A DNA stretch of 53,474 bases, counting the filler, from Sphacelaria rigidula (lineage: Eukaryota): assembly GCA_964200075.2 (NCBI GenBank). It is 5 parts of 5 records of this genome, joined end to end, with 100 filler letters (N's around TTAATTAATTAA, not from the genome) between each part and the next. Parts side by side here need not be neighbours in the genome. Positions count along the whole stretch, not along the records: positions 1 to 10,616 come from CAXNAA020006190.1; positions 10,717 to 21,331 come from CAXNAA020006191.1; 3 more parts are not named here. One strand, 5' to 3'. Made by a program: the position numbers and the translations under genes. Below the pieces are notes generated by a model. It saw only the letters and a program-made list of their open reading frames with translations. It ran no database searches and had not been told where the DNA came from. Positions 1 through 11,494 of the stretch are shown in pieces; position 1 is the first letter of the stretch; each line of letters starts with the position of its first letter.

Positions 1-894
1 GGCTCGCAATCAATCACCAAGCTCGAAGCGCCGTGGTGTGTTCGGCGAGTCACATGAAGGGTGAACTGCATCCTGCCAAGATTGTTCGGCCCGAAACCTA
101 CTGGTTATTTCGCATTTGGATGACAGCTTACAATAAGTTGATTTATTTATGGTATCGCCACTTCCAGAGACAGCCACGTCTTTTACACTGCCTTATGGGT
201 GTCTCACAATTCAAACACTGCATAGTACGATCATCCTGATTGTGCAAATTTGAGGTCCTCCCACGCCGCACAAGATGATCTAGCTCGACCACCATGATCG
301 TTACTGCAAAAAAAACGTAAGCGCGCAAAAAAATCGGAAACCTGGTTGCCTAGCTTACGCAGTGAGTGGCATGGGGGGGAGGGGAGCAGTGGATGCCGAA
401 ACAAGGGGTGTGCCTGTATTTCATGTGTACCATACTACATGCACGTATGAAGAAAATAGCAACTATTGCTGAAGCACCAGATGGCTTGGGGCAGTCGGAG
501 GATCATGAATAGAAACGTGGTTTCATCTTCCTGAATGGATTCAAACACTGAGGAGTAAATACTGTTCAGTTATCTGCAGAAAAATAAACTCGCACGTAAT
601 AACGAACACGTCTTTTTTTTTTTCGGAATCGGTTCTATCAAAAACGTTTTCGAAAACATTAAACATATTTTCCTTCCTTCATATTATCACTTGCTCGGGA
701 GTGTCCGTGGGTGATCTTGAGGATTTTTCAATTCTGTTGCCTAGGTTTACAGAAAAAAAAACGTCATCGACAGTCGACTGAGCAGGACGAGCATCACTTC
801 TCCCTCTCTCCCTCTCTCTCTCCATCTCACACACACGCGAGTGCCAATAGACACGGAACTCCAACAAACAGCGGTGGAGCATAGACACACACAC

Positions 895-1065
895 CTCCGA
901 CTGGGTGTTCGTTGTGGGCACCTCCGACATTGGTACATCGCTCATGCCAAAACTGAGCCGGCCGAAGCTCAAGAAGTCCTCCGAGTTGGATATCGCATCG
1001 TTCAGGGCCCACTTGCCCATCTTCAGGCCCTCTCCAGCGGCCGACCGACTCAGCGCCTCCGACTC
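895..1065 (-). CDS. UBAP2/Lingerer-like gene exon with a tandem FG motif; the gene continues beyond the contig
   Basis: Seen: ggcag|GAGTCG...TCGGAG|gtgtgt, 171 nt, ESEALSRSAAGEGLKMGKWALNDAISNSEDFLSFGRLSFGMSDVPMSEVPTTNTQSE, phase 0-0. Confidence 0.75.
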
Positions 1066-1668
1066 CTGCCGTGCGCAGACCAGAACAACGTCGCGCGAAC
1101 GCAAAACAAAAAACGACACATAAGCGCAACCATTGTCTTTGGCTATGTACTTCTTTGTTTCAATCCTTCGAGGACCAGAAATTTTCTCGGAAAAATCCAC
1201 TTATTTTTCAAGTTGGTGACTAGTCATCAAAGCTTTGCGGCGAATGCTCATGACAGGCCTGGAGGGCGAAAATATATTTTTATATAAAGTAAAGAGGCTC
1301 CAACCACTCGAAATTCAAGGCAAACATGTTCACGTACAGGAATGCCCTCAAGGAGTATCATCTTTAGCCATCGTAAGCGTTCACTCCTTTGGAAAAATAA
1401 TTGTTTTCCCTCGGTTGATGCTAATCCTCGAAAAATACTGGCGTTTGTTCAAGAAAACATTGTTGCACGAAGCGTTCCAAGCAGCAATTTTCGCGGATTC
1501 GACCCGCGACAAACATGCGGGGGTACGAATCAAGTGTTCCAGCGTAGAAAATACGCTTAACACACAACACACACACCATGAAGCACTGATTGATTCCATT
1601 CGAAGTATCAGCCAAGGAAACATAAACATACACCAACACGCACACTCACAGTACAGCGAGACACTTAC

Positions 1669-2679
1669 CGCGGACTTGGGCTCTTCTTTCTGCTGCTGCT
1701 GGGCGCTCTGCATGTGAAGCTGAGCGCCGGGTGCTCCCACTCCCGGAGAGCGCGTCACGGCAGTCGTCGAGGTCACCGCACTCTCAGGCGTACCCTGTGT
1801 CGCCGCCTGCACAGATGGCGGGCGAGCGACCGGTGAAGGTGAACCTTGCACTGCTGCAGGAGAAGAGGCGGCGGCCGGCGAGGGCGCCGTCGCTGATGTC
1901 TCCCCAACCGAGCCGGGAGGTTGCTGCCGCGGGGTCTGTGGCGGCGTAGCCGCTACCGGTTCCACATCGATAGGGGTTGCTACAGCTGCCTCGACCGCCT
2001 GTGGAGAAGCTTGACTTGCGACTGTACCCGCTGCCGCCGCTACCGCAGTCGTCGCCGCGGCCACCGCCTCTTCCGCCGCTGCCGGTACCGGAGGTTGGGC
2101 AGGTGGTTGAGAGGGTGGTGCGACAGGGGCCGGCGCCGGCGGTACCGGCGGCGGTTTCGGCTTGGGATTTATTATTGTCGCCGCCCCGCGGCTCCACGCC
2201 GAGCTCGCCGGCAAGTTGGACTGCGCCCAGGCAACCGGGTCCTCTTCTTCCTCTTTCACAGGGTGGGGATCACCGCCGAGCGAACCACTGCCTCCAACTG
2301 GCGCACCCACCACAGGATCGTGCCCGCCGCTCGACCAGCCATCCGCTGCCATCGAGCTCGACGCCGCCGCTGACGTGGTCGCTGGTGTTCCGGAGCCTCC
2401 GCTACCCCAGCCTCCCGATGTTTCTGCAGCGGCGGGAGTAGCGTTTGTCGGACCTGAGGAGGAGGAGGGTGCGCTTCCGCCGACGGCCGCCGCCCAGCCG
2501 CCGCCGCTAGATACCGCCGATGTGGAAGCGGAACCATCTGCGCCGCCCTCCACCGTTGGGTCGCTGTGAGTGGCCGCTGCGGTAGTTGAAGCGCCACCGT
2601 TCCACGCGCTGCCGCCGCCGGACGAATCTGTTGCCGCTGGAGTCGACCCCCAGCCGGAGTCTGCCACGGGGTTGGCTGC
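1669..2679 (-). CDS. UBAP2/Lingerer-like gene exon (GW/W-repeat and Ala/Pro/Ser-rich disordered region)
   Basis: Seen: gagtag|GCAGCC...TCCGCG|gtaagt, 1011 nt (337 codons), GC-rich and open, phase 0-0. Confidence 0.85.
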
Positions 2680-3157
2680 CTACTCAGAGCAAACGACCGA
2701 AAGAGGGAGAAAAATATGGAGGGAGGGGAATAAAGGCCCACCCCATAGTTTGTAAAAAAACGTCGGCATATTCCAATATTTTTCACGAGGTTAATGTCTC
2801 GGTAACCCACCCATTTCAACGAATCCCCGCCGCGTGTATTCTTCTGTGCGCGAAGCATAGGCGGTGAAGTCCTCGTTGATACTTGAACAGGTCCATGGGG
2901 GGCAAAAGTCCGACCGAGTAATACTTTGAAAAGACAAGAAGAAAAAAGCGGTTCTTGAAAAGTGCCTTTGGCGCTCGGACGTCGCCAAAGCAGCACCCTA
3001 CATGTAGCGACGGAGATCATTAATATCATGAAGCACAAGAACTCCCGTATGTCAACCACATACTCACGACTAGGTGCATCGGCAGATACGACGCAGGTCC
3101 GTCACAACTGGTACATGAAAACTGAACCGAGGTAACTTTACTCTGCTACTTCGCTAC

Positions 3158-3412
3158 CTCTTTGCTCTGCACCTGTGGAGGAATCGAGCTAGATCTGTTG
3201 CCTCCCCAGCCTCCACCCCCACCACCACGATCACCGCCTCCGCTAGAGTGAGAACCGCCCCAGCCCCCGTACGACGAAGCCCCGCCGCCGCGGCCTCCAC
3301 CGCCCCCACGACCACCTGGCGGGGCGCTGCGGCCCCTGCCCCTGCCGCCCCCGCGGTATCCATCGTTGTGGTATGAGCCGCGGTCGCCTCCGCCGCGATC
3401 GTCCATTCGAAC
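3158..3412 (-). CDS. UBAP2/Lingerer-like gene exon (RGG box)
   Basis: Seen: atcag|GTTCGAATG, VRMDDRGGGDRGSY...YRGGGRGRGRSAPPGGRGG...; donor after 3158 (gtagcg) or 3173 (gtgcag), both phase 0. Confidence 0.8.
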
Positions 3413-4302
3413 CTGATATTTCAGACCACGTTGCGGATGGTTTACTATCTTTGATGGTCTCCGTAAAGGGTGCCCCATTTCAGGTCATGGCAGGTCATAC
3501 AGCATTAGACGGTACTCAAAACAGGTGTGACTTGTTCCGTAACGAGATCATGTAACCATCCTCCTCGCAATTTGTTGAGAAACGGACGGAAGGAGATGGG
3601 AAAAACCTTCCGAGGTGAAAGAACGTCTACACCGTTACCGTATTTTCCTGGTGTTGCGTGACTCATTCATGTTTTCGTTTACATTGACAGGTTAACCGCA
3701 CTCTTGAATACTGCCCCCTTCCCCCGAAAAAACTGGAGTCTCACTAGAATGTTACAACCAACACATGATTTGGTCGACATCGACAAGGTGCACAAAAAAA
3801 TCACTACGCAGTATTATATCTTGTGCGCGTTCATCACAAGAACCGAGGACCTCATTCTGTAATTCCGAGATACATGGTGCTGGACGTGAACAAGGACTCG
3901 CTCTTCCACAAGGGTTACGCCTCCATCGCTCAGGCTCAACGCAATGTCACGTCTCCAGCCGACAGGATTCTGGATGCGTGGATACAGTTGACGGTTTGAC
4001 ACCTGTTACGCTGCACAAACAAGCTGCAAGATCCAATGCTCCACGCTCACTCTACACATCAAGACGTATCTTCTCTTCTGGTCCGTCTCGAAAGGTATGC
4101 GTGGTCGATGGTCAAATGACTCAAGGCGAGCAAAAAGTGAGTACCCCCCACCTCCCTCTTCCTTCCCCTTCTTCCCCCTTCTCCTACTTGTTCGAGTTTC
4201 CTTCAGCGGTTTTTTTTCCCGACCTTGAACCTTACGTGCGTATACCTTCTTGTCTTCCTGTGATCCTTGGATCGTGGCTGGAATTTCCGCGAGTGGTCTT
4301 AA

Positions 4303-4400
4303 CCCTTAGACCGCGAGATTAGCCTTTCTGGATCATGCATACTTTTTTTCACTTGAAATTGATGCCGATTTAACAGAAGACTAACCTCGCGGTCTAAGGG
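4303..4400. mobile_element. piggyBac-type MITE, copy 1 (98 bp)
   Basis: Seen: TIR CCCTTAGACCGCGAG...CTCGCGGTCTAAGGG with TTAA on the left and TTAG on the right. A near-identical inverted copy sits at 51508-51604. Confidence 0.85.
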
Positions 4401-4920
4401 TTAGGGTGCGTGAATCACGTCATTGACTACCCCAAATTCAAAGTGGGAAATTTCATCATTTCTTCGTAATTAGCAATTTTATTGGGTTCTTTCGCTTGCC
4501 ACCGCTCATCACATCGGGGACCTGAAACCACTAGTATCCGCTTTATATTCCAAGAAAAAAATCCATTTGTACTCAATATTGAAAGTAAAACTTGGGGGCT
4601 GACCGGTCCTCGGAGGTCCTGCCACTTTTCAGCCCAGGTTCTGCCTCCTAGGTATTTTCGGTTGATCGACCCTGTCCTAATCATATTTGTGAGTACATGA
4701 CAAGACTTTTTTTTCGAAACTCTACCTGCTCACTGCAGTTCAGCCGAACAGCTGTGTTTCACGGTCAATAAGACCCTCCTGATGAACGGGGTGTCTACTC
4801 GTATCCCCCGATAACATCGACCAGCACGAACTTGGGCACTGGGGAGGAAGAATATCTGGTTATTTCAACAAAATCTATGGACGCTACGAGCTGGGCCAGC
4901 CTAGAGGCTGCATGAAAGTT

Positions 4921-5197
4921 TGCAGGCGGATGCGCCGGCCAATATTTGGAGTTAGACTCTGAAATTTGGTATGGATAATGCATGGGGCATGATGAAAAAT
5001 CGGGAGGAAGCACCCGAAGTTTTCCTTTTTCATGCGTTAAGGGCGTTTTGCTGAAACCTGAAAACTGATAATTGCCCTTAACTCACGACAAATAAAAAAC
5101 TTCGGGTGCTTCTTTCCGATTTTTTATGATGCTGTGCATTGTCCATACCAAATTTCAGGGTCCAACTCTAACTATTGCCCGGCGCATTCACCTTTCA
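4921..5197. repeat. Long imperfect inverted repeat (arms about 4921-5023 and 5096-5197)
   Basis: Seen: GAAAAATCGGGAGGAAGCACCCGAAGTTTT pairs with AAAACTTCGGGTGCTTCTTTCCGATTTTT, and CTGAAATTTGGTATGGA pairs with TCCATACCAAATTTCAG. Confidence 0.8.
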
Positions 5198-5389
5198 AGA
5201 ATCGGACTGGTAGAAATTCGGAATAGTAATTTGCAGGCCACTCACCGGCCCACGTTTGGCTTTTGTGTATTGAAAAATTGTGTGGGCCCTCGCCAGGGCA
5301 TAATTAATAAAACTCAGTGGACCAGATTTTGTTTCATTAATTTTTTCACTGGTTGAGGGCGTGTTAGTATGAAGACCATTTATTTACGA

Positions 5390-6570
5390 GAACGCCCTAG
5401 TACGGGTGCGTCACATGGACCCCTCTCAGCGGTCACCACAGTACACTGCGCACGGCCCATGCGTTGCGCAGGCGCTGTCTTGGATGGCACAAGCGCAATC
5501 GCACAGAGCACGTTCTGTCATACCGAGAGACCCTCGCGAGGACAGGGTGCGACAGCATCGAGACAACGGTGAGGAAGAGGAGACTCCATTTTGCCGGTTT
5601 CGTCACGCGCATGTCATCCGGACGGATACCGAAACACGTCATGTTCGGTGAAATTATAGCCGTGAAGGGGCAAAAAAGAGAGTTAAACGGCAGGCACAAG
5701 GACTGGATCCGCTGCCTAGCGGGCGACATGAAGGCGTTCGATATCGAATGGCAGGGGCGGACTATCAGAGCCTTGAATACAGTAGAGTGGCACAGCTGTG
5801 TTGAACAGGGAGCATAAAGGTTCATGGCGGACTTGTGCCAAAAGGATGACGCAGAGGCAGCGATACGGCACGCGAAAGCTGCAGGCCAAGATGCCCCGAC
5901 AGCACCTGGGACCGACAGTACCAACAGCAACTCATCATAGCCTACGCCAGATACGCAGGGCATGTATTTGGTCCCCATCTCTGCTTTGTTTCATCTTTTG
6001 TTCCTGGTGCTTTCTTCTTTTCTTGGTTGCTTTAGTTTCGTCTGTGCTTTCCCCCCCCCCTCCCCCCCCGCCGCCGGAACGAGCCTGGCTCTGTCTTCTC
6101 GTCTATCGTATTCCTTTTTTTTGCACCCATTTCTATCATGATTTTTTTCCTTCTTTTCTTTCTTCTCTCATTCTCCTCTCACTTTTCTTTCATTTGTTTC
6201 ATATTTCTCCTTCCTGTTTCCGATCACGAGCTGCAGTGTTGCAATCAGCTACGTGATGCGCGATTATCATCTTTTTTGTCTTTGTTCGTGCTTGTGTTTG
6301 TGTTTGTCGTTATTTTTGTTGTTACCGCTGTTGATGTTTGTTCCTGTTGTTATTGTTATTGGTGATGGTGGTAGTGGTGGTGGTGTCTTCTTGTTTTTGT
6401 TTTTATCGCTGCCCCTTTTCTTTACTTTCTGAGGCCGTTGCTTCTGTCGTTTTTCTGTTCCTTTCTTTCTTCTTTGTATTTTTTCATCGTCATGTTCTAT
6501 TTTTTGCTGCTCCTCACCACGGGCTGGATCGTTGCAATCAGCTAATGTGAGATAATCAGCCAATCAATCG
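5390..6570 (+). mobile_element. 5'-truncated, decayed RTE-like LINE (ORF2 C-terminus plus 3' UTR), intronic
   Basis: Seen: the frame from 5401 reads YGCVTW...CLGWHKRNRTEHVLSYRETLARTGCDSIETTVRKRRLHFAGFVTRMSSGRIPKHVMFGE, matching the post-RT region of RTE-clade ORF2 (YGCxTW, RLxxxGHxxRM..RxPK). There is a premature TAA at 5815, a T-rich 3' UTR, and an end in CAATCAATC. Confidence 0.85.
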
Positions 6571-8020
6571 ACCTCTATGAAAAAAAAATGAAGGCTCATT
6601 TTTTTTTTATTCGGCACTCTTTTGCGGTTCTCCACAGCAATTTTCGTTGCCATCTGCTAAATGCATAGATCGATAGTTTCATAGAGATTCTAGTATTGGC
6701 GGTATCTCCCTCAGATATAGGAATTACTAGACATGGGGTTTTATCAACGGGAAAATATGGGCCCAAACTTTTGAGTAGATGGGGCACCTTCCCCTTGATT
6801 AGACGATTAATACGATATGCGGATCACGGCCGAAGTCGTTTCCAGTGATGAAATATTGCTCTGCCAGGTTAAATCCGTTTCTGAGCTGGCCCAGCTCGTA
6901 GCGAATTCAAGCTGTAACGAAGAGTATGCGCGAGGAAAATCCCAATTTAGACTGTGCCCATTTCGAACTTGGGGTACTGAAATTTTGAGTAGGATTACCG
7001 CGAGCCGTCACTCTCAGACCATGCCCTCGTCGAGGAATACCCAGGACTCAGGAAAGCATGCCCGGGTCGGACGAATGAGTGATTCGTCTGGAAATTACTT
7101 GATTTTCATGTGATTGATTCGTAAACGTATGAATCAATCCTTGGGCTTTGTTTCCAGCGTTGCTACTCAGGTACGCGCAGTACAGGCACGTGGAATGGCG
7201 CAAAAATTGCGTGGGAGACTTTTTTGACGAGCGGTCAACTCTTTTTCTTTTTCGAGCAATCAGGCCTGAGAAATCGTAGATGTGGTGATCTGAACCGGCG
7301 ATGATTCGTTCTAACTGTGAAAGCATGCGCACGGGAAGCGTACGACACGTTGTGGCAGGGTACGGTCTCTGCTCAGAGACGACTGGCAGTGAGCGCGCTG
7401 GTATTTCGTGTGAACGAATGCCCAAGACACCGACAAGACTAAATCCTCCCCCACCCCCACCTCCAATATGAATTAACCCAGTCTTTTGGAGTACAAGTTG
7501 TTAATCTCACACGAGGGTAACTGTTGTAGGATTCCTGTGATGCTTACAGTTCTGTGGCACCCCAGTAAGAAACTCGTTGCACGAACGACAGGGGAAAAGC
7601 TCACTATCTGATGTGTCGTGGACACTTGAATGTTTGCCTTGCTTCATCTGCGCCTATTTCCGTGGCTGTCGAGGTAGGAAACGTGATAAAACTCCTGCCA
7701 TCTTGTGCACGAAAAAAACTCATTGTTGACATCGGGCTTGATAGTTTGTAACACACAGTGATGTATATCGCCGAACTGTGTGAAATAAAAAAGGAAATCG
7801 CTGATAGGACGTTTTTGCCGGTAAAAGGGAGTATTTGCAGCAGTGCCGTCAAAACCGGGCACGCATTTACGCGTTTTTGCCGAGAAAAAGTAGTAGCTAT
7901 GGCAAACATACTCTCGAGAAACGGGCAGACCCCCGTATCCCCTTTTCCCGGCTAAACTGCAAAAATGCTGTTCGAGGTGTAAACGCAACCCGGTCGGACG
8001 AATAATATGCAACACTCCTA

Positions 8021-8172
8021 CCGCAGAAGGAAGGTGGAGTTTAATTAGAAGACAAAATAAAAGAGAAGAAACTCCCGTGTTTTTCCTGTCGTGTGACCCC
8101 GGCAGATGCGCCCACACATGCCCAAAGGTACGGACTGACGTCCAGAATAGATGGGACAATATACACAACACG
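8021..8172. repeat. Dispersed repeat family C, copy 1 (copy 2 at 46949-47098)
   Basis: Seen: shared blocks CCGCAGAAGGARGGTGGAGT, GTGTGAYCCCGGCWGATGCGCCCACA and CCAGAATARATGGGAC. Confidence 0.75.
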
Positions 8173-8277
8173 ACAAGCGAGTGCACACAAAACTTCGCTC
8201 CCGCATGTCATCTGTGATCGACCAGGACGTACGTGAGACATTTAACACTATAAGAGAGAGCAGTACAAAAGACTCAC

Positions 8278-8447
8278 CCCCCGCATCTTATCCATGCCAG
8301 CGCGCCCACCGCCCCTCCGGTCGTCCGCTCCACGACCGTTCGCGTAAGCGGAACCGTTGCCGTATCCGCCGCCTCCACCTCCGCCGTGGCGGTGACCAGG
8401 CTGCTTCTTTTTCTTGGTCGTTGCGGTCGCCCATTCGCCCTGATCAT
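8278..8447 (-). CDS. UBAP2/Lingerer-like gene exon (EW..KKKK motif and Gly/Arg-rich segment)
   Basis: Seen: tttag|ATGATCAG...CGGGGG|gtgagt, 170 nt, DQGEWATATTKKKKQPGHRHGGGG...RRGGGRAGMDKMRG. Phases match both neighbouring exons. Confidence 0.8.
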
Positions 8448-10316
8448 CTAAAGATCGGCCAAATGTTTTTTTCATGCGGGATTTCGGCAGTCGTGAACAA
8501 GGATGAGCAACAAGGTCAGGGCGACTGGCGACGAAAAAAAGGGGATGGCGGCGTGAGGGGGGGGTAACCTTATAGATGGTCCTGTTCGGCGCAGACGAGG
8601 GAAATGCGGTAGGACTGAATAGGAAACGGTGCCGAGGATGGGAAGGTTTACAGAAACAGCTGTGTTTAGATATAAGCCATGACAGTACTGTATCCTGATT
8701 CTGCTAGGGCCGCTTCTCATGGCGAGCGAAAATAAAACCCATGTAAAAGCGTATTTTTGGTCCTTCTGCGTCTTTTTACGCTCCAAGAGGGCGACGCGGA
8801 GTTTGACATCTTGGAGTGACTTGCTCTACTCGTTGAGATGGTTCCAGGACACCTCCGTGTTGTCCGGCACACGCAGTTTTTCTCGTAAAACTCGAAGTCT
8901 TGTCCGGCGACGGTCGTTGGTCGTTGACCGTTCTTGACCGTTCTTGGACAAAGATACAAGTTTGGTCCAAAAAACACTGCAGGCACCGGAACACGCCAAG
9001 ACGTCTCAATAACGCCTCAACGAGTGGAGCGAGTCATTCCAAGTTGTAGACACCCACCTGTCCTTGTTTAGGTTTACGACGCAGAAAGACCAAGAAGGTA
9101 CTTTTTTTACAGGGTTGTCTTCTTCACCATAAGCAGCGGCCCAACATCGTGGACCAGATATTGTTGCCGATACACAACCTACGGACACGGAAGAATAGGC
9201 AAAGAGGTATTATTCCTTGCCAAGCCTGATGCTACTCCGCGGGGCGAGGGAAGATGCAGCAAGCTCTACCCACCACGCCAGTACATGCACAAAAAAGGGC
9301 ATGTACCACGAGCCGTTTTTCGATTCGCCGGGCTACTTACTGCTCTCTGTGGAACTTCATGCTGTGGCCATGAAGGAAACGCGGCAGGTGACCCGAAGAC
9401 ACAAGATTTTCAAACTGAAACCATAGGTTGTGATGCTCGTTGTGTTTGGGCGCATGCGCAGTCGGCAACACGAGCACCCCCTTTCATATTTGGGGAGCGG
9501 AGAGAGTTGGGGGTGCGAAACCAAATGGGACATTTCTGAGACCAAGAAGGGCAAAACCACACTGCAAGGCAAGAACTCATCTCCGAGAAAACCGTCTACC
9601 CTGAGGACGACACCACGATGAAGAAAGTTTCGTAGTTTCCAACCAGTGCATGCAGGTGCTAATTGAGCCCACGGAAAGGGTGCAACAAGCCTAAGGAGGA
9701 ACAGCCTAGGCAAAGGCGATTGCCAGCAAGACGAGGTCTACTCCTTGGTGTCGTGAACGACTTGTCGCCTACGTGCACCGAGAGCCGTGCTGACTACAGA
9801 GAGTGGCTCTCCCCGACATCACAGAGCTTGACCGTACGTACTCGTACGGCACTGTGCTGTTCTGTTCAAAACTACACGTACACTCTTGAATGTTCGTGTT
9901 TGCATCGTACATCGTCCACTTTATTACACAGTGTGTACCTTTCCGCGAGGGAGCTTGATACGCGAAGTGCGAGCGGAGCCTATCCTGGCAACATGTCGCA
10001 AACAAAGTCTGTACTGCACTGTCTGCGTCATATGATACATGATACACAGAGCGAACATTCGTTGACTGTGGTGAACCAAGTGCCCGTGTATCGTTCAGGA
10101 TGGACGAGGGAAAACATGTAAAAATGGAAGGCATGGCGTAGCCGCCCCAACTATCGTGAACAACCCCTTGGAGGGAAAAGCCATCAGTCGTGACGAGTCA
10201 TGGCCTCTCGAACTGTACACTCTACAAACGGATGCAAAGAAACACACGGCGGCGGGGCATAGCTGCAGCAGCTGCTCTTTCTAGACAGTACAGCCGGGGA
10301 TGTGCCGCTCACTTAC

Positions 10317-10428
10317 TTTGCCACCAATCGTCTAGAGCACTCTGGATCTTCGCCTCATCTCCGCCCATCTGTTTCACCAGCTCCTGCAATTCAGCATCCG
10401 ACCTGCTAGCTGGGCAGGCACCGCGGTA
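10317..10428 (-). CDS. UBAP2/Lingerer-like gene, first visible exon (UBA/CUE-like helical segment); the 5' end lies beyond the contig
   Basis: Seen: cag|TACCGC...CAAA|gtaagt, 112 nt, YRGACPASRSDAELQELVKQMGGDEAKIQSALDDWWQ. Its phase-1 end joins the next exon in frame. The UBA-like assignment is inferred from the helical pattern. Confidence 0.75.
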
Positions 10429-10616
10429 CTGCCCATGAAGCCCACCCGGACACGCATAAACATAACACCACCCAAACACAAAGGGTTGAATAATGACAGC
10501 CAGTGAGTACCAACTTCCAAGTTGTGAAAAACGACCCACAAAATACCACCCCCCCCCCCCCCCCCACCCCACGCGCCCCCGCCACGGCAACGGATCCCCA
10601 CCACGAAACAAACGGG

Positions 10617-10716
10617 NNNNNNNNNNNNNNNNNNNNNNNNNNNNNNNNNNNNNNNNNNNNTTAATTAATTAANNNNNNNNNNNNNNNNNNNNNNNNNNNN
10701 NNNNNNNNNNNNNNNN
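10617..10716. other. Artificial contig linker N44-TTAATTAATTAA-N44
   Basis: Seen: the same 100-nt spacer, with stops in all six frames, occurs four times. Confidence 0.97.
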
Positions 10717-10789
10717 CGTCCCGGCATTGTAGGGATGCGAGGTCAGTGGTCTTATGACTATGGCATGCATGATCACGAGTACACCCCCC
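10717..10789 (+). repeat. Dispersed repeat family B, copy truncated by the contig start
   Basis: Seen: GGGATGCGAGGTCAGTGGTCTTATGACTATGGCATGCATGATCACGAGTACACCC matches 42973-43069 (+) and 11151-11250 (-). Confidence 0.8.
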
Positions 10790-11150
10790 TCCCTCCCTCG
10801 GGGTAATAAAATTTTGACTAGTTTTGGGCACCGTGTGGGTATGTGCTGCACCGGTGCACGTCGCACACCCCCCCTCCCACTCTGGCACCCCCTTTGGGGT
10901 AAGCCAAATATTCGTCGCATACGGGCTTCGACCTGACCTGTGACCATGCCGTAATCCACATGGTATCGAGAGTCGGACAAATGTACGACGGCAAAAATAT
11001 TGCAAAAGGTAACAGATGCTTCTGGGAACGAAAAAAACACAACCGAAAATATCACAAGAATAACAATACTTCTTCAATGTCACGTCGAGATATAAGTTCC
11101 TCGTCTCGTACCTCATATCGATATATACAGGATCAAAGGAGGAGAAGGGG

Positions 11151-11250
11151 GGGGGGTGTCCTCATTATCTTGCATGCCGTAGTCATAAGACCATTGACCT
11201 CTTATCCCCACAAAGCCAGGACGGAGCACGCCGGGTTTTCGCCGGACCAG
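11151..11250 (-). repeat. Dispersed repeat family B copy
   Basis: Seen: the reverse complement begins CTGGTCCGGCGAAAACCCGGCGTGCTC, as at 42973. Confidence 0.8.
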
Positions 11251-11397
11251 GGAAGGGAAGGGGGGGAAGGGACGCGGGGAAACACGCCAAAAGACTTGGG
11301 GAAATGCGACCTGCCATGTATAAACACCCTTGACCAAGTACTCGCGCCGGCAGAACCTGCGGTACGGTGCAATATACGGGCGCTCGACTGAAGTTAC

Positions 11398-11494
11398 CTT
11401 CTGAGCCCATTCGTACTGTACAGACTTCTCGCCCGTTGCCGTATACGGGTTGAGAACCACCACGTGCACAGAAGCCACGTTGAAGCTGTAGAAG
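11398..11494 (-). CDS. Purple acid phosphatase, exon 5; later exons (VxxH, GHxH motifs) not found before the contig end
   Basis: Seen: ctccag|C TTC TAC..., (S)FYSFNVASVHVVVLNPYTATGEKSVQYEWAQK|gtaact, the typical PAP 'YSF...H..VL..Y...QY.WL' block. Confidence 0.9.

Noticed and set aside
1731-2755. Plus-strand ORFs overlapping the large exon
   Set aside because: They are antisense shadows of a GC-rich coding exon.
10661-10672. TTAATTAATTAA as a biological motif
   Set aside because: It is embedded in fixed N padding four times, so it is an assembly spacer.
10317-11494. Joining PAP exon 5 to the exon at 10317-10428 as one gene
   Set aside because: A linker lies between them and the peptides belong to unrelated families.
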